Assembly: GCA_965213685.1 (NCBI GenBank)
Contig: CBDBZY010000012.1
Span: forward strand, 1-64,000
Source of the DNA: a bacterium
Lineage (GTDB): Bacteria; UBA8248
DNA length: 64,000 bases
Direction of reading: 5' to 3'
In this document: positions 10,998 to 24,300 of the stretch, in pieces
Layout of the letters: every line of letters starts with the position of its first letter
How positions within the stretch are numbered: the first letter of the stretch is position 1
Notes under the pieces: generated by a model
The model's database searches: none
What the model saw: the letters and a program-made list of their open reading frames with translations, nothing else
Told to the model about the DNA's origin: nothing
Position numbers and translations under genes: made by a program

Positions 10998-12086
10998 CTA
11001 CCCCCGCATGGAGACGATCAGATAGGCGCCTCCGGTGAGGAAAAGGGCGTTGGGCCCCCAGGCTGCGAGGATGGGCGGCAGGCGTCCGGCATGTCCCAAG
11101 GAGAGGCTCATATAGAAGAGGACGAGGTAGATGGCGCCGATTCCCATGGCGATGGCGACCCCTAGGGCGGCGCCGCCGCTTCTGTCGCTGCGGACGGAGA
11201 AGGGGACGCTCATCAGCGCCAGCACGAAACTGATGAAGGGCATGGAGAGTTTGCCCCACATGTCCACGACGTAGCGGGTGGGGTCCACGCCGCCTTTTTT
11301 CAGCTCCTGGATGTAGCGGACGATCTCCTGATAGTTCATCGTCTCGGGGTCCGCGCCCGCTTTCTGAAAATTCTCCGGCCTCTCCGGGAAGTCGAACGCC
11401 TTGCGCCGAAAGGATTCCTGCCGGATTCGCCCCCCATCCATCAGGTGGTGAATGACGACCTGGTGAAATATCCAACGTTTTCTTCCGGGCGCCCAAACCG
11501 CCTCGCTCGCGTCGATGCGCTGGATGAGGCGATTGGCCGGGTCCATCCGGTAGAGGGTGACCCCTCTCATTTTTTTCGCGGACGGATCATAGCGCGTGAT
11601 TTGCCAGACGACGTTCTCCTCCGAGCGATACCACATTTTGTCTCTCTGGAGATGCGTTTGCAGTCCGACCTTTTTGATGTTGACCCGCCAGATGTATTCT
11701 ACGCGCTTGTTGGCGAGCGGCACGACGAATTCGTTGGCCAGGAAGGTGAGGATGCTGATTCCCAGGCAGGCGACCAGGATGGGCGCGATGATTCGGGAGA
11801 GGCTCATCCCGTTGGCGCGCATGGCGACGATCTCGTTTCCTCTCGAGAACAGAACCAGGGTGAGCGTGCTCGCCAGCAGAACGGTGAGCGGAACGGAGAG
11901 GAAGACGAGCTGGGGCAGCTTGTAGAGGAAGTACAGGACGCCATCGATCAGCGCCGCTTTTTTTTCGATGAAATCGTCGATGCGCTCGATGAACTCCACG
12001 ATCAGGAACAGGGTGATGGCCCCCGCCTGGCAGAGGAGGGTCATGCGCAGGAACTGCGCGAGGATATAGCGGCCGAGTATGTTCAT
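10998..12086 (-). CDS. lptG: LPS export permease LptG
   Basis: ILGRYI start, NEIVAMRANGMS, AAWGPN; tandem with lptF. Confidence 0.9.
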   Translation of the reverse strand: MNILGRYILAQFLRMTLLCQAGAITLFLIVEFIERIDDFIEKKAALIDGVLYFLYKLPQLVFLSVPLTVLLASTLTLVLFSRGNEIVAMRANGMSLSRIIAPILVACLGISILTFLANEFVVPLANKRVEYIWRVNIKKVGLQTHLQRDKMWYRSEENVVWQITRYDPSAKKMRGVTLYRMDPANRLIQRIDASEAVWAPGRKRWIFHQVVIHHLMDGGRIRQESFRRKAFDFPERPENFQKAGADPETMNYQEIVRYIQELKKGGVDPTRYVVDMWGKLSMPFISFVLALMSVPFSVRSDRSGGAALGVAIAMGIGAIYLVLFYMSLSLGHAGRLPPILAAWGPNALFLTGGAYLIVSMRG

Positions 12087-12095
12087 CGCCAGAGG

Positions 12096-13320
12096 TCAGG
12101 ATGGGTTTCCGGTGCGCAGGGAGACGGACTTCAGGAACATCCCCGGGACGTCGATGGCCCCGCCCCGTCCCACGGCTCGCACCAGGAGCCCCGCGATGAG
12201 GGCCAGCAAGATGTTCGGACTCCATGCGGCGACCCAGGGGTTCACCTGTCCGCTCTCTCCCATCCCCTCGGCGAAGGTGACGATCATGTAATAGAGGATC
12301 ACGACGGCCAGGCTCAGCGCGAAGCCGCCGTGGCGTCCCGAGCGCCGGTTCCGCACCCCGAGAGGCGCCCCCAGGAACGCCAGGAGGAGGCACGCGAAAG
12401 GGAGCGCGAATTTTTTGTTCAACTCCACGAGGATGGCGTTATACCGGCTTGTCCCCGGTTTTTGTTCTCTCAGTTTTCTTCTGAGTTCTCCCAGCGGAAG
12501 GGAGCGGAGGCTCGCCCGCAGCGCCTTCGTCTTTCCGATGGCGGCCGCGGGGTTCAGGCTCAGGTCGTATGTCCGGAAGCGGGCGATCTGGTAATGGTCC
12601 TTTTCATTCGTGGAGGCGGAAACGGGGGGCGCGCCCGTTTTTTCATCCGGGGCTTCCGGGGATTGGCTGACCGTGTGGACGGTCCCCCCGGACGAGGCGC
12701 AGCCATACCTTGGGGGAGGTGGCGGATTTGAGGAGCATTCCACGATCGGCGAAGATGACCCGCTTCTTTTCCGCCTCTCGCGCATCGGAAATCATGATGC
12801 CCCCCATCTCGTTGCCCGACGCCGCGGTTTCCCGCACGTAGAGCATGACGCCGTCAAAATTGTTGTTGAACACCCCTTCCCGCACCTGGAATGCGGCGGC
12901 GGGGTTGCGAAGTATCTCCTGGCTGAGCTTCACGGTGGCGCCCTGGCTCCAGGGGAGAGCGAATATCAGGAGAAATCCGCTCGCGGCGGCGGTGGCGGCT
13001 CCCACCACGCCTACGGGGATGATCTGGGAGTAGAGGCCCATGCCGGAGGCGGTCATCGCCACGAACTCGCTGTCGCTCGACAGGCGGCTGAACGCCATGA
13101 CGCAAGCGATGAGGGTGGACATGGGCAGCGTCGCGAGCAGGAGGACGGGCAGGGCGGCGAAGAGGAATTGCGCGACGACCGAGAGAGGCACCCCGCGGTT
13201 CACCACCAAATCCGTGAATTGCAGCATTTTGTGGAGGAGGAGGACGAACGTGAGGAAAAACAAGGAGATGAGAAGGTAAGATACCAATTCGCGCAGGATG
13301 TATCGGTGTAGTATGCGCAA
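12096..13320 (-). CDS. lptF: LPS export permease LptF; apparent frameshifts ~12690-12790
   Basis: LRILHRYILRE, RLSSDSEFVAMTASG, KKFALPFAC, AAWSPN; TTG start at 13320. Confidence 0.88.
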
Positions 13321-13519
13321 AGGGGATCCTCTGGGAAGCGGTCGTCCAACGCTCTTCGCCACGCGATACGAGACTATACGAGCGGTTTCCGGATTGCAAA
13401 GCGCGTTTTTCCGTTCATTGACGCTCAGGGCGTCGATTGATAGCGTGGAAAGAAGGGGGGCCGCTCGTCGTTCGGCCCCCGGATTTGCCGTGAGGCGGCG
13501 CGTCGAGGAGGCACCGGGT

Positions 13520-14578
13520 TTGAGCGATGACGCCCATGGGGGGGAGGTGCACCTGGTGGTGGCGCCCACGTGGATCGGCGACACGGCGATGGCCGCCCCT
13601 TTTTTCTCGTCGTTGCGAAGGGCGCGTCCGGAGGCGAGGGTGATGGCGGCGGCGGGCCCCTGGACCTGCGGGTTGCTACGCACCTTTCCCTGGATCGATC
13701 GGGTCTTGTCGGTGGATGCGGGAAAATGGAGAAGGTTCCCCTCGCTCCGAAGGATGCTGCGCGGCGAGAGGGTGGATTGCGCGTGGATTCTTCCCAACAG
13801 CTTTCGCGCGGCCCTGCTGGCGCGGTGGACGGGGGCGCGGCGCCGCATCGGGTATGGCACTGATGGCCGCGGCTGGCTTTTGAGCGGCCGGGTGGAGCCT
13901 CCGCCGAATGCGCCGCATCTGGTGGATTATTACCTTCGCCTCCTGGAGGCGCAGGGGCATGAGACGCGGGCGGAGGTGGACGATTTCCGCATCGCCCCCG
14001 AGGCGCGGGAATTCGCCGAGAATCTGCTGGGGGAGCGTCCCGGCCCGAGAGACGCGCCTTTGGCGGGAGTCCATCCCGGCGCCTTTTTCGGCGAGTCGAA
14101 GACCTGGCCGCTGGAGCATTTCCGGCGACTCATCCACCGGCTCGCGGATGAGGAGGGGGTGCGGGTTTTCATATTGGGCGGGCCGAATGAACGGGCGCTT
14201 GCGGAGAAACTGGACGCGATGTCCGGCGGGCGGGCGGTGAATCTGGCCGGAAAGGACTCCCTGGACGTGCTGCCCGCCCTGCTGTCCCGCCTGGATGTGT
14301 TCATATCCGGCGACACGGGGCCGTTGCATGTGGCGGCACTGGCCGGGACTGCGACGGTCGCGCTGTTTGGCCCCACGGACCATCGCCGAACGGCGCCCCG
14401 AGGCCTTGGGGCGCGAACCATTCACCGGGGCCTCGACTGCAGCCCGTGCTTCGAGAGAACCTGCCCGCTCCTTCATCACGACTGCATGAAGCGGATTGCG
14501 CCGGAGGAGGTGGCGGACGCGGCCGTCGCGCTCCTGCGCCAAAAGCGCGGGACGCGCCGGTGCGGAGGCGGAGGGTGA
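13520..14578 (+). CDS. waaF: Heptosyltransferase II (GT9)
   Basis: APTWIGD, PNSFRAA, HPGA..KTWP, DTGPLH, CSPC..CP..HHDCM; GAGGAG RBS before TTG at 13520. Confidence 0.88.
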   Translation: MSDDAHGGEVHLVVAPTWIGDTAMAAPFFSSLRRARPEARVMAAAGPWTCGLLRTFPWIDRVLSVDAGKWRRFPSLRRMLRGERVDCAWILPNSFRAALLARWTGARRRIGYGTDGRGWLLSGRVEPPPNAPHLVDYYLRLLEAQGHETRAEVDDFRIAPEAREFAENLLGERPGPRDAPLAGVHPGAFFGESKTWPLEHFRRLIHRLADEEGVRVFILGGPNERALAEKLDAMSGGRAVNLAGKDSLDVLPALLSRLDVFISGDTGPLHVAALAGTATVALFGPTDHRRTAPRGLGARTIHRGLDCSPCFERTCPLLHHDCMKRIAPEEVADAAVALLRQKRGTRRCGGGG

Positions 14579-14579
14579 T

Positions 14580-15170
14580 ATGTCCGGGAGGCCAGCGGTA
14601 TTTTTCGACAGGGACGGAACCTTGAACCGCGACGTGGGCTACGTCACCCATCTCGACGCATACGAACTCCTGCCGAGGGCGGCGGCGGCCGTTCGCAGGG
14701 TGAACGAGGCGGGTTGGCTTGCCGTTCTGATTACGAACCAGGCGGGCGTGGCCAGGGGCTATTTCCCGGAGTCCATGCTGGAAAAGGTGCACGGCAAACT
14801 CCAGGACGAACTCGGCCGCAAGGGCGCGCGGCTGGACGCCATCTATTACTGTCCGCACGTTCCGAACGGAGACGACCCCGCGTATGCGATAGACTGCAAG
14901 ATGCGAAAGCCATACCCCGGCATGATTTTGAAGGCGGCGGCGGAGCACGGCATCGATCTGGAGAAATCCGTCATGCTGGGAGACAAGTACTCGGATTTGG
15001 AGGCGGGCTGGCGCGCGGGCTGCCGGTCGGGTCTTCTGCTCACAGGGTATGGACGGGGGGAGAGGGCGCTGCGCGGGCCGCAGTGGCCGCGGCAGCCGGA
15101 TTTCGTGGCAGAGGATGCGCATCATGCGGTGGAGATGATTTTCGGGCGGGGCTGCGGGTCGCGCGCATGA
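14580..15170 (+). CDS. gmhB: D-glycero-D-manno-heptose 1,7-bisphosphate phosphatase
   Basis: FFDRDGTLN, TNQAG, CPH, CKMRKP, GDKYSD. Confidence 0.93.
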   Translation: MSGRPAVFFDRDGTLNRDVGYVTHLDAYELLPRAAAAVRRVNEAGWLAVLITNQAGVARGYFPESMLEKVHGKLQDELGRKGARLDAIYYCPHVPNGDDPAYAIDCKMRKPYPGMILKAAAEHGIDLEKSVMLGDKYSDLEAGWRAGCRSGLLLTGYGRGERALRGPQWPRQPDFVAEDAHHAVEMIFGRGCGSRA

Positions 15171-16159
15171 ATCCGGGTCTGGCGGATTACGTCCGCAAAT
15201 TCTCGTCCGCGCGCGTGGCGGTAATCGGCGACTTCATCGCGGATGAATTCGTTCACGGCGCGACCTCCCGCATCAGCCGGGAGGCGCCCGTTCTGGTCTT
15301 GGACTTCATCGGCCGCGAGGTTGTTCCTGGCGGCGGTGGCAACACGGCGATGAACGCGGCGGCCCTCGGCGGAAGCGTGCGCGCCATCGGCGCTCTTGGC
15401 GTCGATGAGGCGGGTAGAGACCTTCGCCGCGTGATGGGTGCGCGCGGGGTCGATACGAGGCTTTTGTGGGAGGATTCCGGGCGCGTCACGCCCAAGAAGA
15501 CGCGCGTCATGGCGGGAGGCCGCAACTCCGTGCGCCAGCAGGTGATTCGCGTGGATCACGAGAAGAAGACGGCTCTGGGAGAGCGTCTGGAGTCCCGCAT
15601 GCTCCGCGAGGTCGAGCGCGTAGCGGGCGGCGGCTTGGACGCTCTCATCGTCTCCGACTATGGCCTGGGCGTTGTGACGAAGGGCGTGAAGGAGGCGATC
15701 CGGAAATTGCCGAAACGCCTGCTCGTCACGGTGGACAGCCGCTATGCGGGAGATTCGTTTCCGGGCGTCACCGCCATCACGCCCAACGAGGAGGAGGTGG
15801 AGGGCCTGCTCGGGTATTGGCCCGACGGGGGGCGCCTGAATGAGGCGGGCGCCGCGCTGCTGCGAAGGACGGGTGCGCGGGGCGTGCTGATCACCCGGGG
15901 CGACAAGGGGATGAGCCTTTTCGAGAAAAACGCCCCCAGGGCGGACGTTCCCGTCCACGGCTCCGATCAGGCGCTGGACGTGACGGGCGCGGGGGACACC
16001 GTCATCGCCGCGTTCACGCTGTCCCTGGCCGTGGGTGCGTCGATGCGGGAGGCGGCGGAGATAGCGAATCGCGCGGCCGGGCTGGTGGTGATGAAGGCGG
16101 GAACGGCGGTGGTGGAGCCCGACGAACTCCTGGCCACGTTTGAGGAGGAGGATGCGTGA
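15167..16159 (+). CDS. hldA: ADP-heptose synthase kinase domain (RfaE1/HldA)
   Basis: GDFIADEFV..RISREAPV, SDYGLG, TPN, DVTGAGDT. Confidence 0.88.
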   Translation: MNPGLADYVRKFSSARVAVIGDFIADEFVHGATSRISREAPVLVLDFIGREVVPGGGGNTAMNAAALGGSVRAIGALGVDEAGRDLRRVMGARGVDTRLLWEDSGRVTPKKTRVMAGGRNSVRQQVIRVDHEKKTALGERLESRMLREVERVAGGGLDALIVSDYGLGVVTKGVKEAIRKLPKRLLVTVDSRYAGDSFPGVTAITPNEEEVEGLLGYWPDGGRLNEAGAALLRRTGARGVLITRGDKGMSLFEKNAPRADVPVHGSDQALDVTGAGDTVIAAFTLSLAVGASMREAAEIANRAAGLVVMKAGTAVVEPDELLATFEEEDA

Positions 16160-16662
16160 GCGTCCAGGGGGACTCATGCCGCGGGAAATGGATGGGGCTG
16201 GATGCGCTGAAGCCGGTTGTGGAAAAATTGCGCGAGGACGGCAAGCGCATCGTATTCGCCAACGGCTGCTTCGACATTCTGCATGTCGGGCACGTGCGCT
16301 ATTTCCGCGCCGCGAAGGAAAACGGGGACGTTCTGGTGGTGGCGGTCAACAGCGACGGCTCGGCCCGCGCCCTGAAAGGGGAGGGTCGGCCGTATGTGCC
16401 GCAGGATGAGCGTCTCGAGATTCTCTCCGCCCTGGAGCCGATAGATTACCTGTTGCTGTTCGATGAGCGCGACGCGTCGCGCCTCCTGCGCGCACTGAAG
16501 CCCGACGTGCACGCCAAGGGGACGGACTACACGAGGGAGACGGTCCCCGAGCGGGAGACGGTGAGAGGCTATGGCGGGGAAATCGTGATTTGCGGAGACC
16601 CGAAGGAGCGCTCCTCCACAGACATGGCCGCGCGCATCCAGGGTTTGGCCCTTGGCGGGTGA
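16156..16662 (+). CDS. hldC: ADP-heptose synthase adenylyltransferase domain (RfaE2/HldC)
   Basis: NGCFDILHVGH, NSD, KGEGRP, KGTDY, SST. Confidence 0.88.
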   Translation: MSVQGDSCRGKWMGLDALKPVVEKLREDGKRIVFANGCFDILHVGHVRYFRAAKENGDVLVVAVNSDGSARALKGEGRPYVPQDERLEILSALEPIDYLLLFDERDASRLLRALKPDVHAKGTDYTRETVPERETVRGYGGEIVICGDPKERSSTDMAARIQGLALGG

Positions 16663-17704
16663 GCGCTTCCTGATCGTCCGTCTGGGCGCCATAGGCGATG
16701 TCGTTCACACCCTCCCCCTGGCGTCGGCCATCAAGGATGCGCGGCCCGACTCCCATGTCGCCTGGGCGGTCGAGCCGACTCCCGGAGAAGTGCTCCTGGA
16801 AAATCCGGACGTGGATGACATCCTGCCCATCGATACCAGGGCATGGAGAAGAGACCTGCCCGCCGGCGGCCTCTCCGCCCTGGGGCGCGACCTGCGCGCC
16901 ATCCGGAACGCGGGGGCCGACGTGGCGCTGGACGCCCAGGGGTTGATCAAGAGCGGCTTGCTGGCCTGGGCGTCCGGGGCGCCCGTGCGCGTGGGGTTTG
17001 AGCACCGCTCCTGCCGGGAGGGGATGAACGTCCTGTGGACTACGCACCATGCGCATCCTCCGGGAAATCCGCACCACGTCATAGAGAAGAACCTGTCTCT
17101 CCTCCAGCCGTTGGGCCTGCCCGTCCCCCCCCGGGAGAAATGCCGCTTCCCCCTGCGCGAGACGCGGCAAGAGGGGGAGTGGGCGGAAAGATGCTTGGCG
17201 GGCGCGGGTCATGTGGACGGCCGCCCCCTGCTGGTGATTCACCCGGGGGGCGGATGGGCGACGAAACGCTGGGCACCGGCCCGTTTCGCGCGGCTTGCCG
17301 ACCGCTGGCTGGATCGGAACGCGGGGGATGCGCTGCTGATATGGGGGCCGGGCGAGAGGGGGATGGCGCAAAAGGTGGCGAACGCCATGCGCGGGCGGCC
17401 CTTTGTCGCTCCCGCGACGAGCGTCCGCGAGATGATGGCGCTGATTCGGCGCGGCGATTGCTTCTCGGGCGGCGATTCGGGACCGGCGCACCTGGCCGCG
17501 GCGATGGGCGTCCCGTGCCTGATGGTCATGGGGCCTACCGATCCTGTGAGAAACGGCCCGTGGGGATGCGGGCATGTCGTTTTGCATCGCCGTCTCGCCT
17601 GCAGCGGTTGCTATGCCAGGACGTGTCCGGATACGGAGTGCCTGGATCGCGTGGGCGCCGAGGAGGCGGCGGACGGGCTGAATCGGCTTCTTTCCGGGTC
17701 ATGA
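16652..17704 (+). CDS. waaC: Heptosyltransferase I (GT9)
   Basis: IVRLGAIGDVVH, DAQGLIKS, DSGPAHLAAA. Confidence 0.85.
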   Translation: MAGERFLIVRLGAIGDVVHTLPLASAIKDARPDSHVAWAVEPTPGEVLLENPDVDDILPIDTRAWRRDLPAGGLSALGRDLRAIRNAGADVALDAQGLIKSGLLAWASGAPVRVGFEHRSCREGMNVLWTTHHAHPPGNPHHVIEKNLSLLQPLGLPVPPREKCRFPLRETRQEGEWAERCLAGAGHVDGRPLLVIHPGGGWATKRWAPARFARLADRWLDRNAGDALLIWGPGERGMAQKVANAMRGRPFVAPATSVREMMALIRRGDCFSGGDSGPAHLAAAMGVPCLMVMGPTDPVRNGPWGCGHVVLHRRLACSGCYARTCPDTECLDRVGAEEAADGLNRLLSGS

Positions 17705-17842
17705 AAAAGGCGGCTGAATGTGGGAGGATACCGGAGTTTCGGGAATGAAGGGGGAGGCCGCGTTTCCCTTCTCTGAGGCGACGGCGGCGTCGCCCGGCGC
17801 CTCGTTTCGGCATCTGGATGGACGAATGGAGAGAACCTGAAG

Positions 17843-18043
17843 ATGAGCGTGGACAAGGAGTTGTTGCAAATCCTGGCGTGTCCTGTCACCAAGACCCCGC
17901 TGGAGCTGAGCGCGGACGGGAATTTTCTGATCGCCCGGGAGTCGGGGCTGGTCTACCGGATCGAGGACGGCATCCCCATCATGCTTGCGGACGAGGCGAT
18001 GCCGCTGGCCGAGTGGGAGGGGAGCCAGGAGAAGAAGGGCTAG
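17843..18043 (+). CDS. Trm112/YcaR family protein
   Basis: LLQILACPVTK..YRIEDGIPIML.DEA. Confidence 0.92.
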   Translation: MSVDKELLQILACPVTKTPLELSADGNFLIARESGLVYRIEDGIPIMLADEAMPLAEWEGSQEKKG

Positions 18044-18048
18044 AGGAG

Positions 18049-18870
18049 ATGTCCGGCTCACCGGGAACGTCATCCGCCGATGCCGCGACAACGCCTCGGT
18101 CCGGCGCGGCCAGGAGGCCGGTGAGCGTCACGATTGTCGCCCACAACGAGGCGGCCCGCATCGGCGCCTGCATCGACAGCGTCGCCTGGGCGGATGAGAT
18201 CGTCGTCGTGGATTCCGGCAGCGTGGACGACACGCCGGAAATATGCCGCCGGCGCGGCGCGGTGCTCATCCGCCATCCCTGGCGGGGATATGCCGCGCAA
18301 AAGAACTTCGCCATCTCCCGCGCGCGCCACTCCTGGATATTCAGTCTGGACGCGGACGAGCGCGCGAGTCCCGCGCTCCAGAAAGAGGTTCTCTCCGTTT
18401 TGGCCGCCGAGAGTCCCGCCGAGGGGTATCGGATGCCCCGGAAAAATATATTTTTTGGCCGCTGGCTCCGCCACGGCGACCTTTGGCCTGATTATCAGAT
18501 ACGCCTGTTCCGGCGCGATGCGGGAGCGTTTGGCGAGCGGAGCGTGCATGAAGCCGTCCTGGTGCGTGGACGGGTGGGCACACTCTCCGCTCCGCTGGAA
18601 CACTACAGCTATGACGCGCTTTTCGATTTTTTCCAAAGGCAGGTGAAATATGCTAGTTTGGCGGCTGATGATTTGTTCTCGCAGGGTGCGCGGCCTCGCT
18701 TGGGCGATTTTGTCGTTCGTCCGCTTTGGCGTTTTTTCAAGGGTTATGTCCTGAAGATGGGCGCCCGGGACGGGACCGCGGGTTTTTGGGTATCCGCCGG
18801 CGCCGCCTGGTACGTGTTCATGCGCGCCGCCTTTTTGTGGGAGCTGTGGCGAGAGCGTGAGAGCTCTTAG
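18049..18870 (+). CDS. GT2 LPS glycosyltransferase (WaaE/KdtX-like)
   Basis: DEIVVVDSGS, LDADE, PDYQIRLF, VHE; GAGGAG RBS before 18049. Confidence 0.88.
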   Translation: MSGSPGTSSADAATTPRSGAARRPVSVTIVAHNEAARIGACIDSVAWADEIVVVDSGSVDDTPEICRRRGAVLIRHPWRGYAAQKNFAISRARHSWIFSLDADERASPALQKEVLSVLAAESPAEGYRMPRKNIFFGRWLRHGDLWPDYQIRLFRRDAGAFGERSVHEAVLVRGRVGTLSAPLEHYSYDALFDFFQRQVKYASLAADDLFSQGARPRLGDFVVRPLWRFFKGYVLKMGARDGTAGFWVSAGAAWYVFMRAAFLWELWRERESS

Positions 18871-19966
18871 CGTTGTTCATACAGAAGCCTCGCGAGGCTG
18901 GGGAGGGCAGGAGAAGAGAATCCTGCTGGAGGCCACCTCCCTTATCGAGCGTGGGCACAAGGTTCTGCTCATCGGGCAGCCGGATGGCCAGCTGGGGAGC
19001 GAGGCGCACGAGGCGGGCGTGCCCTTTGTGCCGATACGCATGCGGGCTTCCTGGGACGTTTGGGGGTTGGGCGCGCTTGCCAGGCGCATTCGCAGCTATC
19101 GTCCGGACTTGATTCATACGCACAGCAGCATAGATTCCTGGCTCGGCGGCGTTGCGGGCCGGATGCTCGGCGTCCCCGTGGTGCGCACCCGGCACGTGAC
19201 CATCCCCGTGAGTTCGCACGGGCTGAACTGGGTATATCGGCTTCCGCAGCGGGTGATGACGACGGCTGCTCTTACCCGGAACATGTTGGCGGATTCCGGG
19301 GCGTGTCTCCCGGATCGCGTCAGGGTTTTGCCGACGGGCGTGGATTTCAGGCGCTTTCACCCGCGCGTGACGGGCGATGGTTTTCGCAAGGAAATGGGGT
19401 TGAGCGCAGATGCCCACGCAGTCGGGATGATGGCACAACTCCGGGGCAGCAAGGGGCATCGGGAGTTTCTGGCGGCCGCGCGGCTGCTCAGGGACGAGGG
19501 GTGTGCCGCGAAGTTTTTCATCGGAGGGAGCGGGGAATCACGAGGGATGTATGAGGCGGAAGCAGGGCGGCTCCGCCTTTTGGACGGCACCGTCCGGTTC
19601 ATCGGGTATCGAACGGACGTTCCCGAAGTCATGGCCGGTCTGGACGTGTTGGTGATCGCGTCCACGAGAACCGAAGCCATCCCCCAGGTCGCCCTGCAGG
19701 GGATGTCCATGGCTTGCCCCATTGTGGGTACCGCCCTCGGCGGCATACCCGAGGTGCTGGAGCCGTCCGGTGCCGGAGTGATTGTGCCCCTCCACGACCC
19801 CGTTGCCCTGGCGGGCGGCATACGGGCCCTGCTCAGCGACCCCGCCCTGAGAGAGGAAATGGGACGCTCGGGCCGGGAGTATGTCCGCGAGCGCTTCTCG
19901 CTCGAGAAGATGGTGGACGATACGCTGGTTCTGTACGAAGAGGTGCTTTCCCCATGCGGAAGCTGA
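18857..19966 (+). CDS. GT4 glycosyltransferase
   Basis: GWGGQE, HTHSS, KGH, EAIPQVALQ, GGIPE. Confidence 0.88.
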   Translation: MRALSVVHTEASRGWGGQEKRILLEATSLIERGHKVLLIGQPDGQLGSEAHEAGVPFVPIRMRASWDVWGLGALARRIRSYRPDLIHTHSSIDSWLGGVAGRMLGVPVVRTRHVTIPVSSHGLNWVYRLPQRVMTTAALTRNMLADSGACLPDRVRVLPTGVDFRRFHPRVTGDGFRKEMGLSADAHAVGMMAQLRGSKGHREFLAAARLLRDEGCAAKFFIGGSGESRGMYEAEAGRLRLLDGTVRFIGYRTDVPEVMAGLDVLVIASTRTEAIPQVALQGMSMACPIVGTALGGIPEVLEPSGAGVIVPLHDPVALAGGIRALLSDPALREEMGRSGREYVRERFSLEKMVDDTLVLYEEVLSPCGS

Positions 19967-21125
19967 GCGTCGTTCAGGTGGTCGGCACCCCCTGGTGGTC
20001 GGGTGCGGGGGCGCCCGCGTTGTGCCTCGCGTCCGACCTGGCCAAAAGGGGGCATCGCGTGGAATTCGTTTGCGTCTCCGGGGAGCGACTCGAGGAAAAA
20101 GCGCGGGAGGAGGGGTTGCCCCCCGTGCGGGGCCTGGAGCCGACGCGAAGCGTGCATCCCAAAAGGATATGGGATTTCGTCTCGGGCTTGTCGTCCCTGA
20201 TAAGGCGGTTGAACGCCGATATCGTGCACGCCCACCTGACGGCGGACCATTGGCTATCGCACTTCGCTCTCCAATGGGCACGCCGGGGGACACGGTTGGT
20301 TCGCAGCGTTCATCACCCCCGGGCGGTCGGCAAAAGCATGGCGTCAAACTACCTGCTCGGCCATGCGGCGGATGCCTTGATACCGGTAAGCCGCTATTTG
20401 GCGGACCTCCTGGGGAATCGCGCGCGCCCCTCTCCCGATAGGGTGCACGTGGTCTCCGGGGGCGTGGACCTGGAGAGGTTTCGGCCAGCCTGTGCGGAAA
20501 CCCGGGCCGCCGGACGGAAAATACTCCGCACCCCGCCCGATGCCCCGCTGGTTGGCATTGTGACGCGCCTTGCCGCCGACAGGGGGCTGTACGGATTGTT
20601 GGCGGCGTTTCAGAGGGTGGCGCAACAGATGCCCGACGTTCGCCTCGCCGTTATCGGCAGAGGGGAGTTCTTGCCGCGTTTGCAGGCGCGGGTGCGGGAC
20701 CTGGGAATTCAGGATCAGGTGGATTTTGCGGGATACCATGGAGACGATCTGGTGGAAGTGCTTGCCGCACTCGATGTTTTCACGCTCGCCTCGCCCGGAT
20801 CGGAGGGGACTTGCCGTGCGGTGCTCGAGGCCATGGCCATGGGGCTCCCCTGTGTCGTGACGGACAAGAACGGCCTGGCCGAAATTGTCGAAGATGGGAA
20901 GACGGCACAAGTGGTCCCCTTGGGCGCACTCGGGGCGACGGAAGCGATGGCCTCCGCACTGAAGACCCTGTTGGCGGATGAGCGGCGCCGCCTTTCGTAT
21001 GGGCGAGCGGGTCGGGAGCGGGTCGAGAGGCTCTACGATCGCGCACGAAGGGCCGCGCTCGTGGAACGGGTATACGCCCGGACGCTGCGCATGGCGCCCG
21101 GGTTGCATCTGGAAGAGGATTTTGG

Positions 21126-21129
<4 letters not shown>
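19954..21129 (+). CDS. GT4 glycosyltransferase
   Basis: HAH, GVDLERF, EGTCRAVLEAMAMG. Confidence 0.88.
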
Positions 21130-22915
<1,786 letters not shown>

Positions 22916-22919
<4 letters not shown>

Positions 22920-24121
22920 CCGCCCCGAAAACCTTGCAGACGGAATCATCCGGTCGGCCGGGAGAGGACGCGCGTCCTCTCTCCGTGCTGCAAATCATGA
23001 CGTGCCGGGGCTGGAGCTCGGACGCCTGGGCGGCGATGGGCCTCACGCTGGGGCTTCAGTCCCATGGCCATCGCGTGATGATGCTCTGTTGCGGCGTCGG
23101 CAAGGGACGCGCAGTCGCCGAGCGCATACGGGCGGAGGGCGTGGAGGAGGTGGATTGTATCGAGGCGAGCGGTAAATTCAGGCCCGCCAGTCATCTGAGG
23201 GATGTCGCAAAAATCAAAAAACTCGTGAAAGAAAGAAAAGTGGACGTGGTGCACGCGCACAGGGGGATGGAGCACTGGCTTGCCGCCGCCGCCCTGCTGG
23301 GGAGTGCGCGCGGCCCCGCCCTGGTGCGAAGCCGCCACATCACGCAGCCGGTGAGCCGCCACTTGCTGAATCGCTGGCTGTATGTACGCGCCACGGACGT
23401 GACCCTGCCGGTGTCGGAGGAGATTCGGGCGGGATACATGAAAGGCCGGGCGTTCTCGAGGGCGTCGTTTCGCACGGTGATGGGCGGGGTGGACGCCTCG
23501 GCCTACGATCCGCACGCCACGGGGGCGGAGTTTCGGGACGCCTGGCGCATTCCTCGGGAGGCGCGCGTCGTCGGCATGGCGGGCAGCATCGATCTCTGGA
23601 AAAAGGGGCACGACGTGTTCCTGCGCGCGGCGGCGCGGCTGGTTCGGGAAGATTCCGTTTGGGTGGTCGTGATGGGGGAGGGCCGGAATGCCGGCTCCCT
23701 CCAGCGGCTGGCGACGGATTTGGGGGTAGCGGAGAAGGTGGTGTTCCCTGGCTTTCTCCCGAGACTCGGGAGCGGCCTCGCCGCCTGCGACGTTTTGGCG
23801 TTTCCATCCGTCGGCTCGGAGGGCACGAGCCGGGTGCTGTTCGACTACCTTGCGGCGGGCAGGCCCGTGGTGGCCAGCCGCGTGGGGTGCGTCGAGGAGA
23901 TCGTCCGGGATGGAAAGGAGGGCATTCTGGTGCCCGCGGGGGATGAAAACGCGCTGTGCCTGGGGCTGGAGACGTTGCTTTCGGATGCGGGGCTGGCCCA
24001 GTCTATGGGCCGCTCCTCGCGCGCGCGCGCGAAACGGGAGTTTGACAGGGGCGTCATGGCGCACCGGGTGGTGGAGATTTACCGGGAGGTCATCCGCTCG
24101 GGAAGCGCCGCCGCCGCATGA
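22916..24121 (+). CDS. GT4 glycosyltransferase
   Basis: HAHRG, KGHD, SEGTSRVLFD; resembles the two upstream GT4 proteins. Confidence 0.85.
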
Positions 24122-24300
24122 AAGGATGAACCCGCGCGGCCCATCCGAGCACCGACGTTCGGGATGCGCGCCTGACGGGTGGCCATTTTCCGGGAAGTTC
24201 GGGTTTCCCGCGCCCTGCGTTCTCCGGGAGTGATGTCAAAAAGCAAAAAGGGCGGCGGCTCGCGCACCCGGCTGAGCCGTCCCGCCGGAGGCTTGTTTTC

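Noticed and set aside
17668-17760. Further faint gene-end echoes (after waaC, and near 24121, 31764, 36983, 51451)
   Set aside because: Similarity is too weak to separate from chance in GC-rich DNA without statistics.
17843-18043. Trm112-like gene in an LPS cluster as a novelty
   Set aside because: YcaR/Trm112 genes commonly sit beside lpxK and kdsB.
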